A stretch of 64,000 nucleotides of DNA. It comes from Balanoglossus misakiensis. Its lineage: Eukaryota > Animalia > Hemichordata. The position numbers were made by a program, and so were the translations under genes. Positions 27,322 to 40,856 of the stretch are shown one piece after another. The stretch is taken from contig CM082595.2 in NCBI GenBank assembly GCA_040954595.2, positions 3,209,943 through 3,273,942 of the forward strand, in the 5' to 3' direction. Under the pieces are notes generated by a model. It was given only the letters and a program-made list of their open reading frames with translations, had not been told where the DNA came from and searched no databases. Position 1 is the stretch's first letter; each line of letters begins with the position of its first letter.

Positions 27322-27514
27322 TTAAAGGTATACGGTCACCTATGGAAAATTAGCTATAGTTACCATGGCAAAATGAGATCTAGCCAATCACAGATTTTCA
27401 GTGGGTGGCACACGCGAAAAAAAGAGCGCCACCATATGTTCTTTAGAACGCTCAAATACTCCATTTCAGCCATATATGGGCGTATGTAAATTGGAGGTGA
27501 CTGTATACCTTTAA
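27322..27514. mobile_element. About 190-bp MITE with TTAA ends (Kolobok-like)
   Basis: TTAAAGGTATACGGTCACCT ... AGGTGACTGTATACCTTTAA (19/20 inverted match including TTAA). Confidence 0.75.
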
Positions 27515-27668
27515 TGTGGCTCTCTATTGTTACATGCAACACTGATACGTATACTGTTATGGACCAAAACCGTAAGATCTGGTGAACATAAAAATAAGCA
27601 AAACTGCAAAACGTCAGCAAACAGAGCTGATGTATGAACGCGAAATATAGTTCAAGGCATACAGCCAA

Positions 27669-29561
27669 CGACTGTTCATAATGTCCTTTCACTGCGATGG
27701 CGTTCAAAGCGCAACAAACAAATATATGTCCGTGTATAGGCTGAACATCACTATAGTCCAAAATGCATCGATTGCGCAATGCTCTCCGCATCATGACATA
27801 AACGATGGAATAAAAACTCTATATCGGCTCTAAACGCGTGTACATCTCATATGTAAACTCACAAAATACAAACTGTGAAAATATGTTACCTCGTGGGCCT
27901 ATCAGTTGGTACGCTAAGAAATGATGGCGATTTTCCCCTCCGTTTGATGCGTATATGACAAAGGAAAATAGGAAAAAGATGGCTGCCGCTGAATCATTGG
28001 AAAACAGATTCCACGACTGTTCATAATGTCCTTTCACCATTGCATCGATGACCCATATTAGGAGTTGCTTATTAGCATACAAATTAACATATTATTAATA
28101 TGTAGAACGCGATCTGACCAATGACGCGCCCGGAAAGCTGCGCCTCTCACCCATTTCCCCGACCTTTGTTAAGAAAATCACAACTTTTTCTTTTCAAATG
28201 TAAATTTTGGGGTCAAATACCCTGTTTGGGGATATCCCGTCAATTGAAAACAAGAAAGTACGAGTCAAACTTGCTACCGGGTCAATAAGAAAAATTTCAC
28301 CAGTGCTTTTGTAGCGAGGGGCGAGGACACGCTCCCACGCGTCCGCATCATATTTCAACGGCGTTGTTTACATGTAACTGTCTAACAGTATTCTAGTACA
28401 TGTATGTCTTTTGGGGGTGCATGTCCTTAAAAGGTCGCTTTATTTTGCTTTGGTTGCTGTGCGCGGTGATATAGAAAAGTCAGGTGATCACCGTCCCTGT
28501 GAAACCTTGGTTCTCGATGAACGCCTTCAATCTACATGCTCTGTCTAATAACGCTGTCTTCATTGGGCGCGTCATTGGTCAGATCGCGTTCTACATATTA
28601 ATGATATGTTAATTTTTATGCAAATAAATATCACACTCCCATCGATGACCCATATTAGGAGTTGCTTATTAGCATACAAATTAACATATTATTAATATGT
28701 AGACCGCGATCTGACCAATGACGCGCCGGGAAAGCCGCGCCTCTCACCCATTTCCCCGCCCTTTGTTAAGAAAATCACGACCTTTTCTTTTCAAATGTAA
28801 ATTTTTGGGTCAAATACGCTGTTTGGGGATATCCCGTCAATTGAAAACAAGAAAGTACGAGTCAAACTTGCTACCGGGTCAATAAGAAAAATTTTCACCA
28901 GAGCTTTTGTGAAATATTTAATTTTGATTTTGGCGTCTACGCTATTTTTGAGGATTTCGCCTGAAAGACAGCGTTATTATAGACAGACTGATGCATGGAT
29001 GAAATGAAGTGACGGTGATCGCCTGACTGGTATCAACAAAACAAACGACCTTTCTTCAGGCCATACATCCTCCAAAAGACAACTTGACAAGTACTAGCTA
29101 GTAGACAGTTATTACATTTATCTATTGATTTTTTGTTTATGCGACTGAACTGAATATTTTGCATCACGAAGCTCGTCACGGAAAAAAACGGAACTCAACC
29201 CTACCCTTTGACCTAATAAGCAACTCCTAATATGGGTCATCGATGCGACTGTTCACTGCGATGGCGTTCAAAGCGCAACGAACAAACATATGTCCGTGTA
29301 TAGGCTGAACATCACTATAGTCCAAAATGCATCGATTGCGCAATGCTCTCCGCATCATGACATAAACGATGGAATAAAAACTCTATATCGGCTCTAAACG
29401 CGTGTACGTCTCATATGTAAACTCACAAAATACAAACTGTGAAAATATGTTACCTCGCGGGCCTATCAGTTGGTACGCTAAGAAATGATGGCGATTTTCA
29501 CCTCCGTTTGATGCGTATATGACAAAGGAAAATAGGAAAAAGATGGCTGCCGCTGAATCAT
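27669..29561. repeat. Direct duplication of about 310-345 bp (27669-27997 and 29246-29561) interrupted by a TIR element
   Basis: Near-identical blocks; they also give duplicated spurious ORFs 27819-28082 and 29383-29592. Confidence 0.9.
28042..29246. mobile_element. 1.2-kb composite fold-back element with 34-bp perfect TIRs
   Basis: GCATCGATGACCCATATTAGGAGTTGCTTATTAG at 28042-28075 and its reverse complement at 29213-29246; internal direct repeat 28043-28312 / 28640-28910; internal inversion 28564-28621. Confidence 0.8.
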
Positions 29562-29925
29562 GGGAAATCAGATTCCAGCAAAAAACTACCAAAACTCTAG
29601 TGGGCGCTATTGCTCACAAAACTACAGTAGGGGCTGGAAGATTTGTGAAAAAAACAACAAATATTAATGTGCACTTCAACAGAAAAAAGTTGCTTCCAAG
29701 GGGGGTCTAATAAAACTTGTAATCCATCTCACCAGTAACATGGCGTTGACAGCTACAATGGCATTTTATAGCAAGTGTGGTGTGTTAGATCTTAGACTCG
29801 TATTTGTTAACATTGACTTGGTAACACTACATTAAGCAATTAATGCACACAAATTTATTTCTAGTTTATCTAAGAGAAGTGTGCGAGGAACAGAACGGTG
29901 CAGTGCAATAGCGTTTTCTTTACCA

Positions 29926-29941
29926 CAGCGCCATCTGGCGG
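29926..29941 (-). promoter_or_regulatory. CTCF-like motif upstream of chordin
   Basis: CAGCGCCATCTGGCGG = reverse complement CCGCCAGATGGCGCTG, close to the CTCF core consensus. Confidence 0.55.
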
Positions 29942-32900
29942 TGAAGACAAACACATTTGTTTTTATAACGGAAAAGGAGCTTTAGGCGTATGACAAACCA
30001 GCAAACTTGAAAAGTGCTCTCAACGTTATTCTCAGCTTTTCCTTCGTTTTCATTTTTCATCAATAGCGTTTTTTTAACGAGAAAAAAAATCATTCGAATT
30101 TTCTTTTGTATCTTTGGGTCGGAAGCCAGAAAAATCCCGATTCACACATCGCCTGTTTCCTGAACGAATTTGCAGTACAGGAAACACGTCATGGTATTTA
30201 TAACCCCAATCTGTGAATGAACAAAAAGAATAAAGCACGTGACTCTTGAAGTGATTGACAGGAATAATCTTATTGCAATCCCTGGATTATCTACCTGTAA
30301 GAAAGGCAAGACAAGCCTAACAAGAATAGTCGGTGAGTTTTTAAATCTGTGAGTGTCACATTTTTGTGACTCGATTGCAACTTTTCGGCAGGACTTCCTT
30401 CCGCCTTTATGTTCCACGCCCAGTTAAATACGAACAGGTGCGCGTAAGCACTATCATTTTTTTTCTGAAAATATGTCCCGGGGGATGATACTACCTTAAA
30501 GTGAAACCAATGATGAAAGTCTGGAACGGACCACCCTAGTCTGGCCACCCGACTTGACGAAGGCGGCGACAAGGGGGGTTCCATTCATCTCGCTCAGTGT
30601 TCGAGTCACCGCGGCGTAAAATGTGGGCGTAACGAAACATTGTGGATTGTGTTGGGCCCAGGGGTGACGAAGGTAAACCGCTTGATTCAAACATTGATTG
30701 AGGTTGGCCGAGCAAAGAAAATCCCTAGCCGGAGAATAAAGGACCAATAATTGGCGGAATTAGAGCCATTGAGATTTCCATTGGAGGGGGAGGCGGATAA
30801 AGGATGAGATAATGAGAAGAATTCCGCAAGTGGATTATCTGAAGGCTCGCGTCGCTCTTTCACGCAAGAGAACTGTTCTGCACTGTGTGTGAAATTAGCC
30901 AGGATAATGACTCGGTGCTAAGGAGAGAGAGAGAAGAGAGGAGATGAGAAGAGAAGAGAAGAGAGAGAGAGGGAGGGAGAGAGACTTACTCATTCACTGA
31001 GTCACTTAGAGATTGTGCAACACTTTGTTATTTTAAAATAAACGACATGAATTTAGCGCTAAGATTGAGAAGGTGTCGTACACACGGACGGTTGATTAAC
31101 CTGATCAATTCTGATTCACGAACCATTGACAGGTGTCCTCGATAAATCGACTTGGTCCATTTGGGGGGCGAATCCCTTTGTCGAGGAAACTTTCCGACTG
31201 ACAAACACGTGTTTACTTAGTAGCTGATTTCGGCACCAGTTGACTAATCATAACCACATCAATCTACCAATCACTGCCTGGTCAGCTAACTAACCAGTGC
31301 TAATCACCTATAGCTTTATCACAAATATACCAACACCTTGTGGAGGTTGGCCAGGAACTAATTAACCGCGCAACTTACTGATTAAATAACTACATGACTA
31401 ACCCACTAATTAATTATAACAAGTACCTGTGATTAAATAAATCACATAGGCTGCTGTTTTGCAAATTTGACGAAAGCGTTTGGATTGGTCATGCCATCCG
31501 TTACCATGGACATCGTCTCCAAACGATGTCGCGGCTACAACGCGCCGGCGCATGCGGTCAAGACACCGTGACGAATTTAATGCGCGGATTATTACTGGCT
31601 ATTTGCGATCCGGCGTTCAGAACGAGAAAGCGACCAAAAGGTCGTGGCAAAAGATGCGGTCTGTGTACAGACACGATGATATTACTTCACAATTTCCCCT
31701 AATGGTCGAGAGTCCAATGCACCTTTTCAGTTTTATAATGCAAATCAGCCCCCCCCCCTCACTGAATTACCTCGACGATTCCGAAGACTGTTTCTCTTTC
31801 AAGGTGAAATTCCTCTCCGAATATCGGGCAAAACCATGGCAACTAACCGGGTCTTTTTAAAGCCAGGCACGCAATCGGTCATAGGGTTTGAATTTCTCTG
31901 ATCGTCGATCATTCAGAGAGATCGCTAAATCTCGTGCTCTATTTTCTCCCCCTTTAGTTCTGGTAGGCCATTAACATTCTTTAATTATCCACTTAACACT
32001 TTCAAATGCTTTTATTGATCACCTTCAAACGTTTTCACGCCTTCCCCTAGTCCTATTTTCTCGAGCCACGTTTGCTTTAACTCCTTCCATGTAATTAAAC
32101 ACTCTATCACGCTTCAAATCGCTTTAATTTTCAATTTCCCCCGATGGCTGTGTTGTCGAGCGTAAGAGAGTGCCTTTTTTCTCTCAGTGTGTGTGTGAGA
32201 GAGTATATCGGCATGTGCTTCGAGCATTTCTGCAGCTTTGCTTTCATCGCCGCCGCGGTTTGCCCAAGGTTCACAAAGACGTTACAAAGTGTGTTTTGTT
32301 CGATTAAAACTACGAAAACAGGCGGGCAACAACGGTGGGGGGAAACTAGCATTGTCCGGGCGAGTCGTCGCCTTTTGTTTCAAACAAATTGAGGGACCAA
32401 AGATTCGCGCTGGTTGCAGCAAACACCGCCTGAAGCCCGGTTCTGACAAAGAACTACCACCGTGACGCGTGTAAACAAATGAACAACTCCGACATGAAAA
32501 TAATATGACCAATCCAAACATGGATGGGTGTATGGAGATTACATGTCAAGAATACAAATCGTTTTAATTTGAGCTGCAACTCGATATATTGGCCACGGGA
32601 GGGGTAACCACCGCACAAGCGTCCCCTCCTTTCACCTGTTGAGCTGAAGAAGATCGATCTTCCAGCCCCCCAAATTGGCTACTTAGCTATGCAAATTAAT
32701 GCCAATACACGTAATTAGAAGTGTCAAAGTGGTATACAAAAAATGGGTGGGCAATTCGCCTCTGGTCGACAAGTGAAAGCGATATGTAAATTGGGGGCTC
32801 ATCTTTATATACCGATGTGTTAAGTCCGACGGGCACAGTTTTGAGCTAGCAGCGTTCGGTGTAAGAAGCTCCCCGTCACGGCCGTCGGCGCGAGGAAGGC

Positions 32901-33006
32901 AATGAACTTTGGCATCACCCACACCGCCAGCTAAGTTTACATCACGTCTATCACCGAGCCAGCTTCTCCTGTTTCGTGTGCGTGCGCGGCAGAAACCCGA
33001 CGCGCG

Positions 33007-33012
33007 TATAAA
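33007..33012 (+). promoter_or_regulatory. Candidate TATA box of chordin
   Basis: TATAAA 59 nt before the ATG at 33066. Confidence 0.45.
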
Positions 33013-33065
33013 CATCAGATCACCAGTCTCTCAAGATCGACTATTATTTTCTCCGTCTTCCGAAG

Positions 33066-36000
33066 ATGACAAAGAAAAACCCGGTTTCCTATTCGCGGGT
33101 CGTCGTCGCTCTTCTCACCGTCGTCATCGGTGTTTCGTTCCCCGTCCACGGCGGGAACGCCCCGCCGTTGAAAGCTGACAGCGACCCGAAAGTGTCCAAA
33201 GGTTTGGAAGGTGAGTAACCGATCCTACGACATACGTGACGTAAGACTCGCAACACACCAAGATGAAATCATCTCTCCTAACCGCGTTTTAAATCAACCG
33301 ATCAGACCAAATTACATATTCAACTCGGCCTTGGGGACGTGGTCTTACATTTGGCACACGCCAGTAACATGACCGAGAAAGATTTACAGGAATTTGGAAG
33401 TTTACAAAACTTGTGATCGACCTACTTACAGTGGAGCACTTTGTATGTGCGCCTAACTGAAACCGACGCCGATGATGACAACCTGGGAAATATTAGCTTC
33501 AGGAGATGTTCGGAGAGCATCGTGAATTAAAATAGACCTATGGTTTCTTATATCGTGTTACAAACAAGTATTTTCGTTGGGTTATGTAGAGAAACGAATT
33601 ATAGTAGCCAAACACGATACCGATAGAGGGCTGCAGTATTTTTCTCGAGTTTTTTTTTTCCATCACTCGATCCGCATCATCAATGAAAACTTTTTGCCAA
33701 TTTCAGGTTGCTGGTTTGGCGGCAATTTCTACGACTTCGACGAGGTTTGGAATCCCGATCTGGGCGAGGCGTTCGACGTCATGGTGTGCCTGAATTGCAC
33801 GTGTAACGCGGTGAGTGACTCGATCTCTCAATTATTTTTTTCTTCTTCTAAGTTTTAAACTCCAGTCCTTCTATACTGTCTTTGTTGAAATGGGATGAGT
33901 GTATGAACGCATCGACTAATGGCAACTGTGGTGTGGGTGGTTCAACGGAGAAAAAAAACTTCGACCCCCGAGGTATCAGAGAATGTACGCCAACATGTTA
34001 ATCACTTATAAGCACCGCTTATGCACTCGTAAAGAGTCTCTATTCAATTTTTAAATAGTGTTCTCACTTCGGCAATAAACACAATATTTGGTGACAATTA
34101 AGAGCGCTATTTACGGCCGCAAAGGACCATCACCGGGTGTGAAAAGCATAAGTCTCTCTCTGTGCAGCTGTGTGGCCGGTCCGCTTTTGTCTTATAACCG
34201 CATTGGAAATTCAGAGCATACTACAGATTTCTATGAGTTGACATCATCGAGGTGTGAAACGTCAGTGTGTGTATACTCGCCCGCCCTGAACAGGTTTCAC
34301 AATATGTCGCTTTCATGATTTTTCTCTCTCGAAATATGTCGCTTTTCACAGACCGGTGAAACGGACAATACGCGGCGGTGTAAACAAACGTATACGATTA
34401 GTCCCGTATATTGTTGTTTATATCGCCACTGTTTAATTTCATTTCAAGCAAGACGATGTTTATTACAGCTTGTGTGTGAAAACTGTCTGACTTCAAGAGT
34501 TTGGAAGTTTGCATACCGTCTGGACACTTTCACCGCGTTTTAGGTCAGCGCGGAAACTTATACCTCTCATGATCCGCTGAGATGTTTGTACTGTTAGATA
34601 TTAATCCGTGTTGATAAATTCGGAAGAAAATCGCTATTTATTGTTGTTGCCAGCGCTGGGTTTTAACGCAGTCACTCCACTCATGACCGTGGTTTTAATA
34701 TAGGGCTATTTCCACTTAATTTCAATAGTGTTATGTGCGGAAAGTAAGAAACATATGTGGTGTTCTCTGGTTTGTCAAGAAAATTGAATGGTTTCCCGCC
34801 AAGACGTACAATACGCGTCTGTTGCTTGAATCTTGCAATTTTGACAAGTGTACAGTTTCCGGCCGTGATGGTCCGGTGAAGAGGCTTGTCAGGAGAAATT
34901 AAGATCTATTCAAAATCCTGTGAATGTTCACGACGTGTGAACATCTGGTGTTTTCAAGTGGTACGAAGTGTTTCAATCGCTCATGAATAAAATCCAGCCA
35001 CGCTTTGGACCATCTTCGCACCCTGCGCTGTTGTCTGCATTGTCTGCGCAAACGCGAACCGTGACAAACTGTGAAACACATTTGTCTGACTTCATTCAAA
35101 CCATTCGGGATCCAACACCAAACGTGTTTGCCGAATTTAGCGAATTCGCACTTTTCCTGATGAGACAGTGTCACTTTTTTGTCACTAAATGTGAACCGAG
35201 TGTGAATCGATATCTGAGACCATAGCGTCGGATTGCAAGCGATGTCACAATAACTCAACTGCTTTCTACGGATTTCAGTCGTTAGAGACATTGGCCAACC
35301 GTTTCGAAAACGAGCAGTCACCCAACAGAACGACTCGATCATCCTCAAGTTCTTTTACTAGGGTGGATTTTTATTCGAATTTCTATTTCTCTATTTTTCC
35401 CAGGTTGTGGAAAATGGAAAACTTACAGGCAAAGTAACGTGTAGGAACATCAAGAATAAATGCCCTTATGAGTTGCCGTGCGAGAATCCCATACTACCCC
35501 CTGGTGAATGCTGTAAACGATGCCCGGATGAAGGTAGGGACGCCATTTTACTCGATTGGCCAAAACTGACCGTTTTATATAGTCACACACTGAGTTGTTT
35601 TTTACGTGGTTTTGAATTACATTGACACAAAATGAGTCCCTCCAGCGTAACAAAGTCGTGTATAATATCCATTTTTACACAGAGAAATCCGAAAGCGCAT
35701 CGTCTGGGTCCAGAGGTCTCCAAGTACACACGCAGGTTCACGGGGATGATAACACAGTGGAAGGGCGTAACGATGGCAAAGGTAAGCGTCGATTCTGGAT
35801 CATAAAATCTTGTCTTGAAATCTCTATGTATCAATCAGAAGTTTCAAATAATCTACGGGACACAAATCTAATTATTTTTTTTTTCGTAATCAGAATTCCT
35901 GGCAGTGATGACCGGTTCTCAAGCCTCGCCACCAGTTGCCGCAAGTGGCGCTGCTCGTGGCCACTTCCTCCTCGTCAACGAAGACGTTCATTTCTCCATC

Positions 36001-39000
36001 AGTTACAAAGGGTTAGTGTGAATTAACCATCCTCGTCGTAATTGATTTTAATTAAGCCTTGCATTGTTCCAACATTAGCACCCCGAAAAAAAACTTCTAC
36101 ATGTACTTGAAATGCAAATTCACTTGGTCTTTGTTATTTTTTCCCACCTGTAGAATTCGACGTGCCACAATGATTCGATTCAGTGATGTGTTGAACAACA
36201 CTCTTTACGAACACGAAATACACAAAAATAACAAGAGATCAAACATGGTAAGTCGTGTAATAAGTATGAACATTCATTATAATGTTTTAATGCACTAATT
36301 ATTCGTTTTAGTGCAGTAAATATTCATCATATTTAATGTAATGATGCAATGACCTTCACGATTGGCCTCAACATTTTTCTCGTACTTTGCCAGATTTGTG
36401 GTGAATGGAGAAACCTGCCGAGGGCGCACTTACGGTACTTTGACAGCGGTATGATACTAGTCAGTTTGATCACCCGTTCCCATGACGACGGCGAGGTCAG
36501 AGGTCGAATCATCTCCCACCGTGCCGCACCAACGGGTAAGCAAAATGAATATAAACTTTTGGGATGTTTGTTAACGTCGTTGATCTATATGAATATTACT
36601 TCTTTTGAACTTTGAATGGGTGTTTATAAAGATTAATATTGGTGTCCTTTCCACAGAAACATTCAGTAGTTTGCTGCTACCGAAACTGAAAGGCAGGAAA
36701 ACGGAAGATGTAAAAGGAACTGGTGGCGTCGTCATGATGACTATCGACGAAGCAAAAAACAGCATCGACTTCGTTGTCATGGTAGAAGGGTTATTCAGCA
36801 TTCCTGGTAAGCCTTCAAATTCACGTTAAGCACCATGACTGCTTCCGTTCGCACACAGAAACCCGAATGAACGTAACATTCTCTCTTATTGATCTTAAGC
36901 TTATATTTCATGTTTTCCCCCACAAATCTTGTCCCTGCAGACATTGAAGACGAAGTCAGCGTGACTGTGCAATTCGCAAGGAAGAACACCGTCCTAATGG
37001 AAAAGAGCGCCAACGTGCGACGAGCGGTAAGTGCGCATGTCTGGTTGTACATGTATATACACACTTGTTATTTACTGTAGTCAATTTCCTGCTAGTTAGC
37101 ACTAATTGGAATTTTATATAACAAAACCAAAGTCACATTTCGTCGACCGTGTTTCGCTAAAGTCTTTTTTAATCTCACAGGACCCAACTTTCGCCGAGGT
37201 CTGGCAACGAGTGAACAAAAACCAACAGCGCTGGTTGGCACGTGGTCAAGTCTCAGTTTCTCTCAAAGTAAACCTGCCATCCGGCAAGAGATTCCTTGAG
37301 GGCGATATAACACCTTTGAAGACATGCAGTCGTAAGTACATTGTACTTGCCTTAAAGCATCATACCCTCTGATGTCCTTACTGAGTTGCAAACGAGTTTT
37401 CGTATCTTGCTTTCGTCACAACACGATGCTAATTATATTTCTTTCACCGATTGACACACAATCGCAGAGTTGCACGCTGTTCTGTCTGGAAGCCAGGCTT
37501 GGAATGGACCGGAGTCGACAGGAGCAACTGGCTCGGTGATCCTGAACTTGAACGATAAAGGCGTCCTGGAATACACAGTAAGTGGTTTCTTCCCTTGTCA
37601 GGAACACACAAACTCTAACAAAACGTCGGCATGTGAAATAAACTTGGTATTTCCCAGAGGGTGTCATGGTCCATCAAAAGTACCGTACTTTCAATCTCAT
37701 CAAATCGTCTGACATGTGCATCTTTCCATTTCAGGTCCGCGTCATTGGTTTGAGAACAGCAGTAACTGCCCTGACGCTGGAGGCGCCTCATCCAAAGAAA
37801 AGAAACAAGAGGAGAATTTTAGATGACATCATTCGGTTCTATCAGAACGGTTGGGTAAGCAACGTTTTCTTCTCATCGCTTGTTGTAACACACCTTTTAA
37901 TTATGGTTCCAAAATCGCTTCTCCTGATTTAAACGACCTGAATCCGATAATTTTGAAACTCAACCACGATCTTCTGTACCTTTTGAACCACATTACAGGC
38001 TTATGGCAGATACGAAAAGCCAACAGCGGTGGACATCCATAATCTTTTGATGAATAAATTATCCATCAATGTGGCCACCGATGAATTTCCTGTGTCCGAA
38101 CTCAGAGGGCAGATTGAGCACATCGTATATAACGGACATCTAGCGAGAGAAGGAGGTACGTGAATATGTGACAATTTTGTTCCATAAACCACACCCTACT
38201 TGACTTACTACTTGCATAAACGCTGTAGAGAGACAATATAGACTAATATATGATGTATTTGTTGGGTTATCGTAGGTATGCCAATTCCAATGGCGGGCGT
38301 CAACTTTGCACCTCCCCTAGCAACCAGCACAGCTGGGCATGCGTGGATGTCGATCGACAGCAAGTGCACGTTGCATTACGAGATCGTCGCTGAGGGACTG
38401 CAGAGAGGAGGAAAAAGTAAAAACCAACTAAGCGGTTTGGCGGAAATCGTCATCAACGACGATTCCTTCACTGGGGACAAAACTGTCCTGAACACATTCG
38501 ACGGAAGTCTGGTAAGTTTGAATTTATTTCGAAGCAATTTGTGATACTAGTATAAAGAGCACAAACGAGAATGTTATATACATTTGTGTTATTCAATAAT
38601 TATTGCATTGTTTGAGAAAATCCCCGTTTTTTTTATTTTTCAGGCCAGGGGAACACTGAATAATATGGACCAAGACTTGCTGGACTATCTCAACGAAGGC
38701 AAAGCTTATATTCAAGTCAGTACCAAGGCTCATCCAGATGGAGAGATTCGAGGACAGGTTAGTGAATTTTCGTCGAGATAGGTGTTAACCCCCCGGTTAA
38801 TGGTCCCTTGTCGGAAGTGGGGATGTTTTTTTTTCTTGAAAAGAGATGCACAGCTTCTTTGCATACAAGAGAGAAAAAGAGATGAATTATAACTTTGCAT
38901 TGTATCCTTTTCCAGGTAACTCTACCAAATGCCTGTGGTAGCGTCGGAAGTCTGAAAGAACATCTGAACACGGTGCCAAGTGTCGGTTTCAACGTCGAGG

Positions 39001-40856
39001 CAGATCCAAGATCCTGTTTCTTTGAAAACGAATACCACGCTGATGGATCCAGTTGGTCGCCAGAGTTTGATGAAAAGTGCACGACGTGTACATGTACAGT
39101 AAGTTTAAACTTTCATTTCTCAACTTTTGACCTTCAGAGGTACGTCACAGTCGATTTTTTTTCTGGTTATAGCAAAACAATTATTCTGACTGTTCTTTTC
39201 CACCATCCAGAGACGAGCTGTTATTTGTGATCCGGTCATCTGCCCTCCTTTGAACTGCACTGCACCGGTGGAAATGGACGGAGAGTGTTGTCCAGTGTGT
39301 CCGCCCGAAGGTGACCTTAATTCAGAGTTTGAAACAGGGCTGGAAGAATCAAGCAGTGACGGTGAGTGAAAAACAGAAATGGCTAAGAATTCTCGCAAAC
39401 TGGATTTTTTTGCACAAAAACATCTGACGCTTACTCCCGTGAGATGAGAGCAATGGTATGATAGATATAATCAATTGATATTTTTTTATTTCAGACTGCT
39501 TCTATAAAGGCGATAAGAAGTACTATCCACTTGGCAGAACATGGCACCCCTACGTTCCACCCTTTGGCTATATCCAATGTGCCATCTGTCAATGCATGGT
39601 AAGCTATATATTTTCTGTGGCATCGTTTGTATTTGGTTAAATTTGAAAATATTTTAAGAAGTTTCGTTGCAAGCCTTTTAAAAGATTCTGACAAGAAATT
39701 TCACGTTGCTTTCTGTAGCCCGGAAATGAGGTGAACTGCACAAAGGTCAAGTGTCCGAAATTGGACTGTCCAGACCCTGTTAGACTCAACGCAATGGATT
39801 GCTGCCAGACTTGTCCAGGTTGGTACTTCCACTATGCATAGTACGTCACTTCCGGTTTGGGGAGTCGCGCGTCGCATCAGACGTTGACGCCATCTTGAAA
39901 CCCACAGTTCTTTTTGGATGTTTTCAATGCCTGCGCTGAGCACCGATATAAACTCAACGAAATTTGCATGGATGTTGGTTAAATGATCATTTCTTTATGT
40001 CGCTTCATGTTTTTAAATCCCCCATCTCTGTTCTTTCTCAGAAAAACCAAGAGCCGTACACATTTCAGAAATCCAGGCAGATTGGAAAGAAGGAAGTAAG
40101 TGTTACACTGTATTTCAGCATACTTAATATAAACTTTTAACCTCTAAAGTAAAAGGAAAATGGTGATTTATGAGGAGTTTCATATTTCTTGATCGACTGA
40201 TTATTTGAATGCGAACACCATGCATTGGTCCACGAATCTTAACTGTTACTCTATATTTGCAGGTTGCTATGTCAACGGAAAGAGCTATGACAACGGCGAC
40301 GAGTGGCAGCCGCAAATGGAGATAGCTTCGACGCAGACAAAAAATTGTGTGAGGTGCAAGTGCAAGGTAACTACACATTTAAAAATAAAATTAGTGCCTC
40401 TGAAAACGTGATGTAGCTACTCAATGCGATATGATGCAAACTTGTTGTGGAAATGACCGCAGAAATGCGTTGATGGTATCTCTTTTCATTATTAAAATAT
40501 GTCACTCTAAACAAGTCTCTTTATTTTCCTACCAGGATGGTCAAACCAAATGTAGGCGCCGAAAATGTCCAACACTGGCCTGCGATCAGCCCATCGAAGT
40601 TGAAGGCGATTGCTGTCCCGTGTGTCCTGGTGAGTGTAATTTGTCATTTCTCATTTTCTTTGCCGCTGGGGGTGTGATGTCAGGATCAATACAATCTTAA
40701 ATTCTGGTAATATGCAAAGTTTGTTATCCAAAGGCGTGTGATGTTTAGCACATGGACAAGGGAGTACAGCATATAAGTGCTTGTTTTAAAATTCATTTCA
40801 ATCATCTTTTTACAGACGGTGTGGGGCATGACCAAAGTTCAGCCAGTACCACGTGA
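33066..40856 (+). CDS. chrd: Chordin (BMP antagonist): signal peptide, vWC1, four CHRD domains, vWC2-4; more than 20 coding exons (33066-33210, 33707-33810, 35404-35533, 35683-35781, 35894-36011 ... 40816-40856)
   Basis: [33 protein letters not shown]...[13 protein letters not shown]...GECCKRCP; CHRD ends [30 protein letters not shown]; [16 protein letters not shown]; [20 protein letters not shown]; [10 protein letters not shown]; junctions checked are GT-AG and in frame. Confidence 0.97.
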
